NCBI GenBank assembly: GCA_001642005.1
Contig: LWCA01000052.1
Coordinates: 2,506-66,505, forward strand
From: Intoshia linei
Taxonomy: Eukaryota > Animalia > Orthonectida
Direction: 5' to 3'
DNA length: 64,000 bases
Made by a program: the position numbers and the translations under genes. How positions within the stretch are numbered: the stretch's first letter is position 1; each line of letters starts with the position of its first letter. Of the stretch, positions 1-11,702 are shown one piece after another. The notes below the pieces were generated by a model. It did no database searches and was not told the origin of the DNA. It was given only the letters and a program-made list of their open reading frames with translations.

Positions 1-145
1 TTCTAAATTCTAGAACTCTTATTTATGATTTCTATTTAGATGTTTTTTTTCGTGGAGCGCAGTGCTATTATTATAACTTTATTAATTTTTTAATTAAACG
101 TTAACTGTTAACGTATACATAAAATAGAAATTTAATTTTATACAA

Positions 146-1165
146 TCATTACTTATATAATATGCTAACCAATATTTGTGTATGTGTGTTCCACTTTATT
201 TCAATAACTACCAGTCTCAGAATTTTATAAAGTCCATATTTCAATTACAGTTTTTTCGGGGTGATAATAATATAAAATTCAACCTCCCAAACTCACATCT
301 TACGGGTCAAAAAACAAAATTTTTCTTTTTTTTGAAAATCAAACGAGTTGGTGAATCTAAAAAAATATATACGCTCATACGGATTTTAAAATCATTTTTT
401 TGGAAAAGTCAAATAGAACATTATAACCTCTCACACTGCAAAATATTGATCCTATAATTTCAAAAAAAATGTGAATTGAACGTCTTCACATTTCCAATAA
501 AGAAATATGGGTGAAAATCTATATAATTCTTTCCTTCGCAATTTTTAAATTTCAAATTCTCATTTTCAAATTTTGTTTCAAATTTAAACTACAACAACGA
601 AACTAAAAGTAATACAACTTTGTTATTATCATTTTTATATTTATTACAATCCTTTATAATATTGGTAAAATTCGCCGTAAATTTTAAAAATGTTTATAAA
701 GTGAAGATTCGGTTAATTATTGATACATAATTGGTATTTTTAAGTATTTATTAAATTGGTACTGAATATATATCATCACATTAAAAATGACAAAATAGGT
801 TTTTATAATTTTGTTTTTTCTGGAATTTATGCTATTTATGACAATTTTTAGGATTGGACTGTTTTTACTTTACTTTTAATATTATACACACATTTTACTA
901 ATAAATTAAAAAAATGGGATAAGAATTGTTTTTAAAATTCTGTATGCAAATGTTCACAAAAAAATTAAGATGGAATAATGCATTTTAAAGTAAAAAGTAA
1001 TGTGATATGATGGTTCCACCTGAAAAAAGTTTGGGAAACACTCCTTTAAAGGATTGATAATAGTAAATAGTAGGATTTTCAACGTGAATTTATTTTTTGG
1101 TATAATAAAAATGTCCCTCGGCAGAGCTAGGTTGTGTTTGTACGTAGAACATAACAATCAACCTA
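146..1165 (+). mobile_element. Non-autonomous Helitron-like dispersed repeat, near full-length copy
   Basis: Starts A|TCATTACTTATATAATATG followed by a GT-rich tract. Matches the reverse complement of 24794-25916 over ~1 kb and partial copies elsewhere. 3' hairpin TAGGTTG...CAACCTA. No TIR or TSD seen. Confidence 0.6.
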
Positions 1166-1762
1166 TATTTTATAGTTAAATTATAAAATGTGCCTATCCG
1201 TCAAAAAGGTGAGGACTCTGAGTCGGGGCTTGACTTAGTATACCACCAAACCAATCATGAATACAAATATTTTGGTTTACAATGTAAACTTTACATGAAA
1301 AAATTTTTATTCTCAATAACTGGTCTGCAAATATTGATTGTCAAGTGAATACGCTGAGTAAATAACATTGTAAATTTACAAAAGCTTACACAAAAAAGTC
1401 ACTTTCATTCAACCATCTTTTAAGAAAAAATCCACTTTTACCATTTTATTTTGTCCAAAAACAGTACTAAATTGATGGTAAACCTTGTAAATTTCTGATT
1501 GAAATGTATGAAACTCTGCATTACTTTCTTATGGGTAAATTTAATGATGGCTTCATCGTGATTGGAAAGTTTTCGAGTTTTTATTCATTGAAAAAATGGA
1601 TATATGATTTAAGAGAACATTTAAAAGTTTTGTAGTAAAATTAATGAATATGAAGATGTTAAAAAATGGTTTTTTTCAATTTCACATACGACAGAATCGA
1701 CTCTAGTAAAAATAACAACAAAAAGTATGTTAAAGGTACATATCATTTATTTTAATTTAATA

Positions 1763-4039
1763 TTAATTCTCGTCGGGTAGACTATAATCACTTAAATCGG
1801 TAGATTCGTCATTATTAATTAAAGATATTTGCTCAACTTTAGCGTCACTTGTAAGATATGAGATTCTATATTTTCTTTTTTTTCTATGAAAATATCCGTA
1901 TTGCAATATAAACAATAACAGTATTATGGAAAAAACGAATGATACCGTGTAAACAATTCGATGGACTTTAATTACAACGGGATGAAAACTTGTAATGTAA
2001 GTTTCTATAACATCATTAAATTTTGAATCGGTACAATTATCACCCGTGTCACTAATTGAATATTTTAGTAAAGACTGTATTTTTTCGGTGTTGCACATAT
2101 GAGGATAATGTAAATCACTGGCATAAGGTTCATAACCTATAGACGTTATTCTTGTTATTTTATTATTTATACACGTATACCCTACATTGATAGAATTAAA
2201 GTCTTCATTCGGAAGACATTTATTAGTTTCTTCGTCTCTTAAATATCCAATAGAACAGATAAAATCGTTTTCGTCACACAAACAATTATTATTTTTTTCA
2301 AAGACACGTTTATATAATGAAACATAGCAAAAGTTATCTAGAGAACCAGAAATTTCCTTATCGGAATATATGTACAATTCACCACTATCACAATGGTTTG
2401 GAATTGATTTTTCTTCAATTTTGCATTCACTAATTTCAATTTTAATGATAAATTCAGTCATTGTAACGGAATTTATATCAAACACTACAAATTCAACATT
2501 TTGTATTAAATGGTTATGCCTCGCATACATATACTTGTTCATATTGTGCTGACTTAAATCATTATCAGACGTCGATAAACTCTGAAAAATTTCTTGATGA
2601 GCAGATATATCAATTGTGTACCACGAAAGGCCTGCAGACAGAGAAATATAAAGGATGCTTTTGCAATGAATGATTATCATTTGATATCTACTAATCGGGA
2701 AAAACTTGGTATCCATAGACAAATCTGACACCGGCATTTTCCACGACTTACAACCATCAAAAGTAATATAATAGTGAGATAAACCATTTTGAGGGCTTTC
2801 CCTAATTCCAATGAACCCCAATTTTTGTAAATAATCATCTACATGAACAACATGGATATTCTTTCCGTCAACTTGAATATTTTTCCAACTGTCACCACTG
2901 TTAAACGATATAAAAGAGGAAGAATGAATTGTCAATATAGGAAACACGAATTCATCCTTTGAAGTACACCAAAATTGTATTTCGTTGTCGACATCCTTCA
3001 AAATGTTGATAAACTTGGTAGGTTGATAAACGTAGCCATGAATGTCACTAATAAACAGATCAGAATTCACCTTCCCACTTGAGGCATCCGTTTCATGCAT
3101 GAATAACAATACTCTATTTCGAATAGAAAAAATATTTTTTATGGAAAATTTGTTGGTATGATACACGCTTTCGTGGTTTTTTATGATGGAAGAAGGTAAA
3201 TGAGAAACATTATTTAAATGGCTGCCTCCAATAATGTGCATACAAGTAAAAATATTACCCTGGTCCGCTGAAACCATTTTTTTCCCGTCCAAATTGACCA
3301 AAAAAATGTACTTATCTTTCGTATATAGATTCATAATATTATTATCCACATGTTCTATAGTTTCCTTTTCAGCGACATATCTATATAAACTATTTTTGGA
3401 ATCACGTATATAAGCCACGTGTTCATTAAGATTAAAAAAGAATCCAAAATTCTTTCCATCAACCCAAACAATACTGACAATATCACCCTTAAGATTATTT
3501 AGATTAACATTTACCATTGTATTTTTCAAAACATCAACAATGTACAATTTACGAGAATTATAAAGAGCAATAGATGAAAATGCATTTCCCCTTATTGTAG
3601 ACGCCTTTAAATCAGTTGCAACTATTTCCACGTCTCCAGAAATTTCAACACTATTTCCATCATTTCCGATTATGATGTGAACAACATATTTTTTCTTTTT
3701 GGGAATATATACATTCATACGAGTAAGACTGACATTATTTATAATGTACCCTCTGTCATTCGTACCATTTATGGAGAAGGGTGTAACACTTTGTATATCA
3801 TCTAATATTTCCATCACTTCCATTTTTTTATCGTCAAGATTCCACTTGAAAAGAGCACCATTTTTATCATTGTTGAATAATACAAAATACACATTTCGAG
3901 TTACCCACTGAAATTTGAGTTTACTTTGAGTATGTAAGTTTTGAGGGAAAATTTCTTGCGCCAATTTAATTAAATTTAAATGTTTAAAACATGCCACGTA
4001 ACGCAAAATATAAACAATCATCATCAGCTTTAGAATCAT
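1763..4039 (-). CDS. VPS10-domain (sortilin-like) type I membrane receptor, 758 aa, intronless
   Basis: Hydrophobic N-terminus. Asp-box/BNR-like motifs SADQGNIF, SFNSGDSW, TFDGCKSW, SLSAGLSW. Cys-rich 10CC-like segment CLCDENDFICSIGY. Single TM (IVYTVSFVFSIILLLFILQY), basic stop-transfer HRKKRK, acidic tail. Confidence 0.75.
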   Translation of the reverse strand: MILKLMMIVYILRYVACFKHLNLIKLAQEIFPQNLHTQSKLKFQWVTRNVYFVLFNNDKNGALFKWNLDDKKMEVMEILDDIQSVTPFSINGTNDRGYIINNVSLTRMNVYIPKKKKYVVHIIIGNDGNSVEISGDVEIVATDLKASTIRGNAFSSIALYNSRKLYIVDVLKNTMVNVNLNNLKGDIVSIVWVDGKNFGFFFNLNEHVAYIRDSKNSLYRYVAEKETIEHVDNNIMNLYTKDKYIFLVNLDGKKMVSADQGNIFTCMHIIGGSHLNNVSHLPSSIIKNHESVYHTNKFSIKNIFSIRNRVLLFMHETDASSGKVNSDLFISDIHGYVYQPTKFINILKDVDNEIQFWCTSKDEFVFPILTIHSSSFISFNSGDSWKNIQVDGKNIHVVHVDDYLQKLGFIGIRESPQNGLSHYYITFDGCKSWKMPVSDLSMDTKFFPISRYQMIIIHCKSILYISLSAGLSWYTIDISAHQEIFQSLSTSDNDLSQHNMNKYMYARHNHLIQNVEFVVFDINSVTMTEFIIKIEISECKIEEKSIPNHCDSGELYIYSDKEISGSLDNFCYVSLYKRVFEKNNNCLCDENDFICSIGYLRDEETNKCLPNEDFNSINVGYTCINNKITRITSIGYEPYASDLHYPHMCNTEKIQSLLKYSISDTGDNCTDSKFNDVIETYITSFHPVVIKVHRIVYTVSFVFSIILLLFILQYGYFHRKKRKYRISYLTSDAKVEQISLINNDESTDLSDYSLPDEN

Positions 4040-5039
4040 TTTATTTTGATGAGGAATCTTTAAATAAAAATTTGTAGTATTATAGTTTGTAAATAAAATC
4101 GTTTATTGACAGTATGAATTTGACATTGCAGATCAAATGATTATTTTAGTATTTATGGTACTATTAACTTGTAGAAAAAATTTTTAATCCAAATTTTCGA
4201 GGCGCATTGTTAAAATAAAATGAATAAACTATCTCACATTACATGTTAATAAGGTTGACTGTTATGTACTATGTACAAACAACTATGCCGAGGACGGACT
4301 TTTTTAATTCTACACATAAAAATAAATTAACAATGTAAATAAAAAAATCTAACTTAAAAATGCTATTATTCACTATTATCAAAACTTTAAAGGAGTCGTT
4401 CCCAAACTTGTTTCACGTGGACCCGTCATATCACATTACCTTTTAATTTAATTCCACCAGGTGAATTATTCCACCTTAATTTTATTTTGTTAACATTTGT
4501 GTAAAGCAAAGCAAGAATGTGGAGCGAAGCGATAAAAAAATTTTAGGGTCCCTTTTTAGAAAACAGGGTATACGGTTGGTTGGAGACTTAGATTTTTATT
4601 TCATTAAGTATTAATAAAAGCATTAAAAGATATTATGTAGGTTTCTAGTAACTTTTATTTCTTTTACAAAAACTTACTTTATATTGAACAAAGTTTACTT
4701 TTTCATTTGAAAATATGCATCATGCAGTCACAAAAAATTCTTGAAAATTCTTCACAAATGTTGTTTTCTCACTTTTTCTGAGTGAAATCAGATATGATAT
4801 TATCAAAACTGATATCATTCTCAATTGACATTAAGGAGAGCGCATTCAAACGAGGTTGATATTGAAATTCGGCGCCTCTTTTTAAGATATAAATGTAAAG
4901 TACTTTTATTAATTTGGGCCTTTTTTAATGAATGACCCTGGGCTACAGCCCATATTGGCCATGCCTTAAAACGGCTCTGCACTTGCATATAAAGTAATTG
5001 AGTTAAAAATGTAGGTCCATTTGTTTGTCGATCTGTTGA

Positions 5040-5920
5040 TTTAAGAATGTAAGGAGTCAAATTTTAAAAATGCAATATTTCTTTTACAGTTTTTCTAGAG
5101 TGTGTTAAAATATGTAATGTTATGTTAATTTTATGGCAAATTTCTTTTTTAGAATTGAGTCCTTGAAGGTCAAAAACCCCAATTGTCCTTTTTTTTAAAT
5201 TCAAACCCGACCTAGAATTATTAAAAATATACAATCTGATCAAGATTTTAAAATCATCAACATTATGATTAGTTTCAATTTCAAAATATTATATCTTTAC
5301 GGCCAAAACCACAAATTACCTTTTTTTGAAAAAATGAAAAAAGGTCTAGGATTTTATACAACCTAAATTCCGGGATTGTTTTTAAATTCATAAGCAGTAT
5401 CATAAATGGCAACCTAAAAAAGATCATTTTCATGATCAAAAACCCAGATTAAAAATGAAAAATCTTAGAATTTCAAAAAAAATTACAGATGATACAGTTA
5501 TATCAAGTTAACACACACAAAATTTTTTAATCTGACAAAGTGACGCTTTCACGGTCAAAAAACCACTTTAATATTCATATTTTTTTATTTCGAAACTATT
5601 TTATTAAAACATATACAATAATGTAATTTGAAATAATTAACTGTCCTATAATTAGAAAAAAATTATTCTGATAGTTTATTCCAGTTGACATAAATACAAA
5701 ATTTTAACCCTAGACATCTACGAATTCCCTTTGAAACATTTTTAATATATTATCAACGAATATTTTTTAAATGTTGGATTAAAATTAAAAAGTTTATAAT
5801 CATTCTACAATTTAAAAAAATAAATATGGGTGGAAATCTATATAATTGATTCCTTAGAAATTTTTTTCTTGCTACGTAATTTTTCATTCTCAAATACTCA
5901 TTTTCAAAAAATTTGAAATC
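5040..5920 (+). repeat. Partial copy of the Helitron-like repeat family
   Basis: Shares blocks (ggccaaaaccacaaattacc, ttcacggtcaaaaaa, aaatatgggtggaaatctatataatt) with 146-1165, 24794-25916, 58460-59290 and 63570-64000. Confidence 0.6.
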
Positions 5921-6233
5921 ACTTTGTACAAAATTTTAATTTAAAATTGCTACAAAAAAGTACTAGAAAGAACAACTTACTTTCTTAAATAAGCTGGAAT
6001 AGACGGAAAATAATCAAACAAATATACATTTTTAACTAGATTACTTTACATAAGTAAATATAGCTCTAAGAAAATTTATTAAGCTTCGTAGATAGTAAAA
6101 GTCAGTTTACTGGGAAAGACTAAATTTTAACAATTTTCCTTTATACATTTTTAATCAATAAAACACAACCAGTTGATTGATATGAAACGTATTCTGCAAG
6201 AAGATGATGTGTATGACATTTGTTTGTTTTAAA

Positions 6234-6381
6234 GTAGAGTGGCCAGAAAAAATACGTACTTTCAATTTTAGTTTATTTGGTGATAAATATACAGCCAAAA
6301 CAATCTATGATGATTGATGACGAATAAAAATTTATTCCAAATAAACTAAAAGTGATAGTACGTATTTTCTGGCCACTTTAC
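6234..6381. mobile_element. MITE-like element with ~50 bp terminal inverted repeats
   Basis: gtagagtggccagaaaaaatacgtact...tagtttatttgg at the left; ccaaataaacta...agtacgtattttctggccactttac at the right. No clear TSD. Confidence 0.65.
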
Positions 6382-6808
6382 ATAAATACGTTTTTGAATG
6401 ATTAAATGATGGTTGAATTCCTCATAATTAACCAAAAACTCTAGATAAACCTCAATATGAACTTTGAAAAACCAGAATAAATGAGCTGGAACTGAATTTA
6501 AAAAAATGGTAAACCCAATGTATTTAACCCATGAAATAAATTAGCCATAGCAACCAACTTAAAACTGACATAACACCAATTGTGTTCTATAAATGTTATA
6601 ATTAATTCAAATACATTTAGTGAAGGGTAAATTTACTAATTTAAAAAAACGATTTCGTAACCAATATTCAAAAAAATATTAAAATAGTGACGGTACCTTA
6701 AAAAGGACCATGCCAGATATAGTCGAACCGACAATGCTTGAGCCCTATATGTGAAAAATCTAAAAAACGTGCGTAACGCCATATACCTCTAGCCAGCTCT
6801 GAACCAGT

Positions 6809-7932
6809 TTATGATAAATTAAAAAAACCTTTTCCACATTTCAAAATAAAAGGAACACCTCTCCATCTGTTATTATCTATCGTGAGAACAGTGCAAGCAT
6901 ATGTAGGAGTAATTGAATTTTTGGGAACACCATCTTCATCAAGATACGAAGTAGATTCCGCAACGTCATTATTTTTAACATATTGTCCTAAAACAGTGGT
7001 ATCCATTTCTGCTGGTAATATATTCATCAACACGTTAACCTTAGCATCACGCACATCTGAAACTGAATCAGAGTTTGGTTTTTCCATAGCCACAAGAGAT
7101 ACAAGTTGCATTAAATGGTTCTGCATAGCATCTCTAATCATACCGTACTGGTCAAAAAATGAAGCTCTTCCACTAATACCAAAAGGTTCCTTAAATGTAA
7201 AAGTAATGTTTGCTATACGGTCATTATTCCAAATTGATTCGAATATCATATTCGAAAATCGTAAAACCATAATATTCTGAACCATCTCCTTTCCCAAATA
7301 ATGATCAATCCTGTAGAGTTCCTCTTCTTTAAACAAATTTGACAAGGTTTTAGATAATTCCAAGGAAGAGGCACTATCGTGACCAAAAGGTTTTTCGATT
7401 ATTAATCTTGTTTGGAAACCATCTGTGACTCTTCTGGGTCCTTCGATTTTTTCAACCATGTTACTTACAGAAATGAAAACATTAGATGGCAATGCTAAAT
7501 AGTAAATTCTATTTGCGGATGGATCAATATCATTCAAAAAATTATCAAATTTGATAAAATCATCAAGGTTATCGTATGAACCTTGATAATATAGGTTCAT
7601 TTCGCTAAAAAATTTATCAAACATTTCCTCTTCCTTTTCAGACTAAAAATAATGTAATTTGGCATTGAAACAAAATAAAAAACTTTTAAAGTAATGTACT
7701 TTTTGACGCTACATTTTATTTTTTCTACACTAATATCAGATCTAGCATATCCAATCACTTTTATAATCTTGCCCATCCAGTTGTCTCGATATAAACACCT
7801 AAAATTAAAATAAAACTTTCAATCTTACCATAATGATGGATATATCTTTTTCTTGGCAAGATCACCCTAATTCATAATAATATAGTGTATTATTTCAGAT
7901 TTTACGGAAGCTCCAAATAGAACAAAGAACAT
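6809..7932 (-). CDS. G6PD: Glucose-6-phosphate 1-dehydrogenase, multi-exon, apparently lacking its C-terminal ~150 aa
   Basis: Exon 1 MFFVLFGAS splices to GDLAKKKIYPSLW (NADP-binding motif). Large exon has YYLALP, IIEKPFG, YRIDHYLGKE, RDAMQNHL and WRGVPFILKCGK. The expected downstream ALNERK exon was not found. Confidence 0.9.
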
Positions 7933-8905
7933 TTTATTCTGATCCAAAATTATGCGAAATATCAACAGTAAAACTTTATTGAATGCTTTAAAACTATCTT
8001 ACCATACATCACAATAACATAACATGACCTTACAAAAGGAACTTGGAAACAAATATATAAATGGTGTAGTTGAACTATTTTTAGATGAGTATTTAATACA
8101 TTTTGTATGTTTAAACTTTAGACAGGTATATAGATACATTGCTATTGCACTAATCTTGATTCGAATGTATACTTTTTATATAACGCACATGTAATGCTTA
8201 CTTGATAGAGGGTTTATAGTCATTCATTATGTACTATGAGGTATGAGATGGAATCACGATTTAATTAAGCAAGTCACCCATAGTCTAACCTAGTGTTTCC
8301 CAAATGAGGCGCTTGGCCCCACCAGGGTGGCTTACAGAGTCTGAGGGAGACCGTAGATTTAAGAAAAATTTTAAAATTAACTTAGAATCATTATCATTAA
8401 TTTGAGTTAGTATTTGATATTTAATTAATATATTCTTGAAATTTGGATTAATTGTAAATTATAATAAATTTAAGTTATTAACCCTTACGCGACAATAACA
8501 TGTATATAAACAAAAAAGAACAATCATAAATTTACAATTTTTGTATACTAGGCCCTAATAACTAGGAGTCAACTATATTAAAGTATGATTTATAACGAAA
8601 ATAAAACTAGTAATATTAAAAGATAATATTTTTTTAATCGGTTATAATAATATAATAAACATTCACTATTTTGTGTGTTAAATTTAAACTCTGAAGTGGA
8701 AGACCTTGGAGAAGTGACTAGGAGATACATGATATTACATTTCGTTTAGTAATATTTATAGGGTCTATTTTTTATTTTTGGTTTGATCCGCCCGCATGGT
8801 AAGTTTGTCTCTAAGTTCATCTTTAGGAAAGACTACTAATCATTGTCGTATATTACACTGTAAAATAGTTTGATTTTGAAATTTTAATGGAATAAATACA
8901 AAATG

Positions 8906-11431
8906 TTAGTTCAAAATCACATTGTTCTTGCTCAGGTATCCGTTAATAAAATCTTTTGCAGTCATTCGATTACGATACAATAAATTCTCTACTTCAATCC
9001 AACCATCCTATAAAATATTCAATAAATAAAAATTAATGAAATTTAACTATAAAAATACTAATACTAGTGAAGGGCTCCCAACATTTTTTTAGCATGGGCT
9101 GGTAATTTCGAAGTAACATCACGAAAGCATTATCACGATTTTTTTTAAATTCTAGAACCATTAATTATATCAAATTTTTTGAAATACAATAAAATAGTTA
9201 CCAAATAAAAAAATAAATACCAAAATGTTTTTTTGACCGTAAAGGCGTCACTTTATCAGATTCAAATTTTGTGTGTGTCAACTGAATATAAATGTATCAT
9301 CTGTAATTTTTTTTAAATTTTGGAACAAATTTCGCGATTACCCGATTACAGGATTACTGATAGAATATTATCATTACCCTCAGTTTTGGGGGCACTTTTC
9401 AAAAAAGATGCCCCAACACGGGGTTATACTGTATAACAGAATCGGCAATCCTAATCATATTATAATTACCAGACATCGAATAATAACCCTTCCATTATTG
9501 TAAAGTATTTGTCCATAACTATATTTTTGATTTTTTAATAAATCTAAAAATGTAGTTATATTTAAAATAAAATAAATAATTTACAAAACCTCCAAATAAT
9601 AATGGGTATTTCAAAAACTGACCCTGTGATTTTAAAACTTTAAAAAGTGTATGCCTATTCTACAATTGATAGAGGCCTCTTGGATTTGGGTCGATGATAA
9701 ATTTAAATAGTAACGATTTAGTGGCTAAAACGTAGTTCTCAAACTGTCCAACAAATGAGATGAGAACCTACAATGCTAGTCCAACATTGAAAGGGTAATT
9801 ATCTTTCAAAATAACCACCACAATAATTTTGCTTTTAAACTTTAAAATCACCCATAAACATTTAAAATATATTACCTTGGGGAAAATCATCCAAGTTAGG
9901 GTTAAAACGTATATTTAAAAATCGAATAATGTGGTCGTTCCAATAAGAATACAGCATATTCTAAATTTAAATATATTTTAAAATCAATTAATTCAAATTA
10001 ATTAAAAATTACTCGTTCTGAAAGAGCCAAATATTGACATTCAATAAACCGACACGAACGTGTCCAGTGAATTCTACTCATTTTCTTATTAATTTTAGGC
10101 GCTAAATAATCTGTTTTATTTTAAACTTGAAACAAGTTTTATGGTAATTTTTAAAACAAATTAAAGGAGTTTTTTGGTAAATTCAACTTTACATCTGTGG
10201 ATAGCATCAGTTTTCAAAACATTTTCGTTGTACAGTAGTTATCCCATCATTAAAATGAAATGAATTAAAAACAAAACCAAAACCAAAACGTGGTATCAAG
10301 ATGATATAAAACAGTCATTCTTAAACTTAGAAACTTACCTACTGCTCGAAGTCACCGAAAATAAAAATAGAACCTGAAAAAATTTTGAAAACAATGATTA
10401 ATACCATATACCCAGCCATTTCTCCACGGGCCTGGATTCGACACTTTAAATTTGACACAAAAATTAATTAATAGTCAAAAATACAATTTTATAATGTTCA
10501 ATTTTGAAAAATGAGGGCTGATTTTACAAATATTTCGTCGAGGCCCTGAAGAGGGTACGGCAATCGTATACAATATATAAACTATACTATAAATATTTAC
10601 CTTTATTAGATACGAAACCAGTAATTTTAACTGGATTAAATAAATATTTCTGTGGGTTTTTCAAGACATTAATCACCTAAATAAAAAGTATCACTTAAAA
10701 ACAAAATAAATGTACCATTGAAGCTCCATTTAAAGCCAATTTTTGCGTCAGTTGATTGGAGAACAATTTGTTGTCTGAAATATTAAGAGATTCTTGCATA
10801 ACAACTGGACCTGAATCAAATCTAGTAAATAGAAAAATCAAAATAATGCATACGATTTAGGAATGATTTTCATCAATGTCACACCAGTAAACTCTTCATT
10901 ATTTAAAATGACATGTTCAACTGGAGCTGGACCATAATATTTGGGCAAAAGGCTTGGATGAATATTGTATATTCCACTAAATCAAATTAAATTTTTTAAA
11001 TTTTAAAAAAATTACAATTTACAAATATGAATATACAATTCAGGTATTAATTTACCAAAAGATGCAACAATACCAATATCAAATTGATTTTTTAAAAATT
11101 CACTGTTTGGCCAATTTGTACAAAAATTTAATTTTTTGTCTGTGCAATAATTGTGTACAATTGTCTAAATATTGAAATAACGAAAAAATAGACAAAATAA
11201 AAAAAATTAAAAAAATTACATTTTTCTTACAAATTACTGACAGATTAAATTCTTGCCTAAAAATATTTTTAAATTATAATTTAAATTATTATTTTACCTT
11301 CTATATTCATTAATCTTTTTAAGATGTACAATGGAAAATTTATCGCTTCCAAAAAATAATAAACTTTTTATTTCGCTGTGAAAGTTCTGAAAGATAAATT
11401 TCGAGAATTGCCATTTTTTACCCAGTATCAT
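8906..11431 (-). CDS. MTFMT: Mitochondrial methionyl-tRNA formyltransferase, multi-exon
   Basis: Hand-spliced exons give [41 protein letters not shown] (HPSLLP signature), FTGVTLM, FDSGPVV, APKINK and the terminal [10 protein letters not shown]...*. The N-terminus resembles a mitochondrial presequence. Missed by the ORF track because the exons are short. Confidence 0.9.
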
Positions 11432-11702
11432 CAATATACAACCATTATGAAATAACTTTATTTATTTTTATTTTAAAATCTTAGTTAAAAATCACTAATT
11501 GTTATTAATACAGTACTGTACTTGTAAATTATATTATTAAAGTTTTATATAATACACTGTAATAACAATATAAAAACGTATCAACGAGGTTTGCAGGTGA
11601 TGCAGATGTTAATTACTTTAACGAGTGCCCATTATTTTAAATAAAATTAGTTTTAAATTAAAATCGTGAAAATTACAACATTTTTATTTCATATAATTGT
11701 AA

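Noticed and set aside
176-1157. ORFs 176-457 and 954-1157
   Set aside because: They lie inside the dispersed Helitron-like repeat and show no protein motifs.
1190-1710. Possible TIR element or coding remnant
   Set aside because: Ends match only weakly and all frames contain stops; no call is supportable.
2370-7280. Antisense ORFs 2370-2552, 3699-3911 and 6882-7280 (similarly 11915, 15779, 16009, 16439, 22380, 45411, 55649)
   Set aside because: Shadow frames opposite real coding exons.
10405-10565. GC-richer stretch with GGATTCGA resembling a tRNA B-box
   Set aside because: No cloverleaf. It matches dispersed fragments at ~17925-18050 and ~43890-43960, so it is a small repeat.
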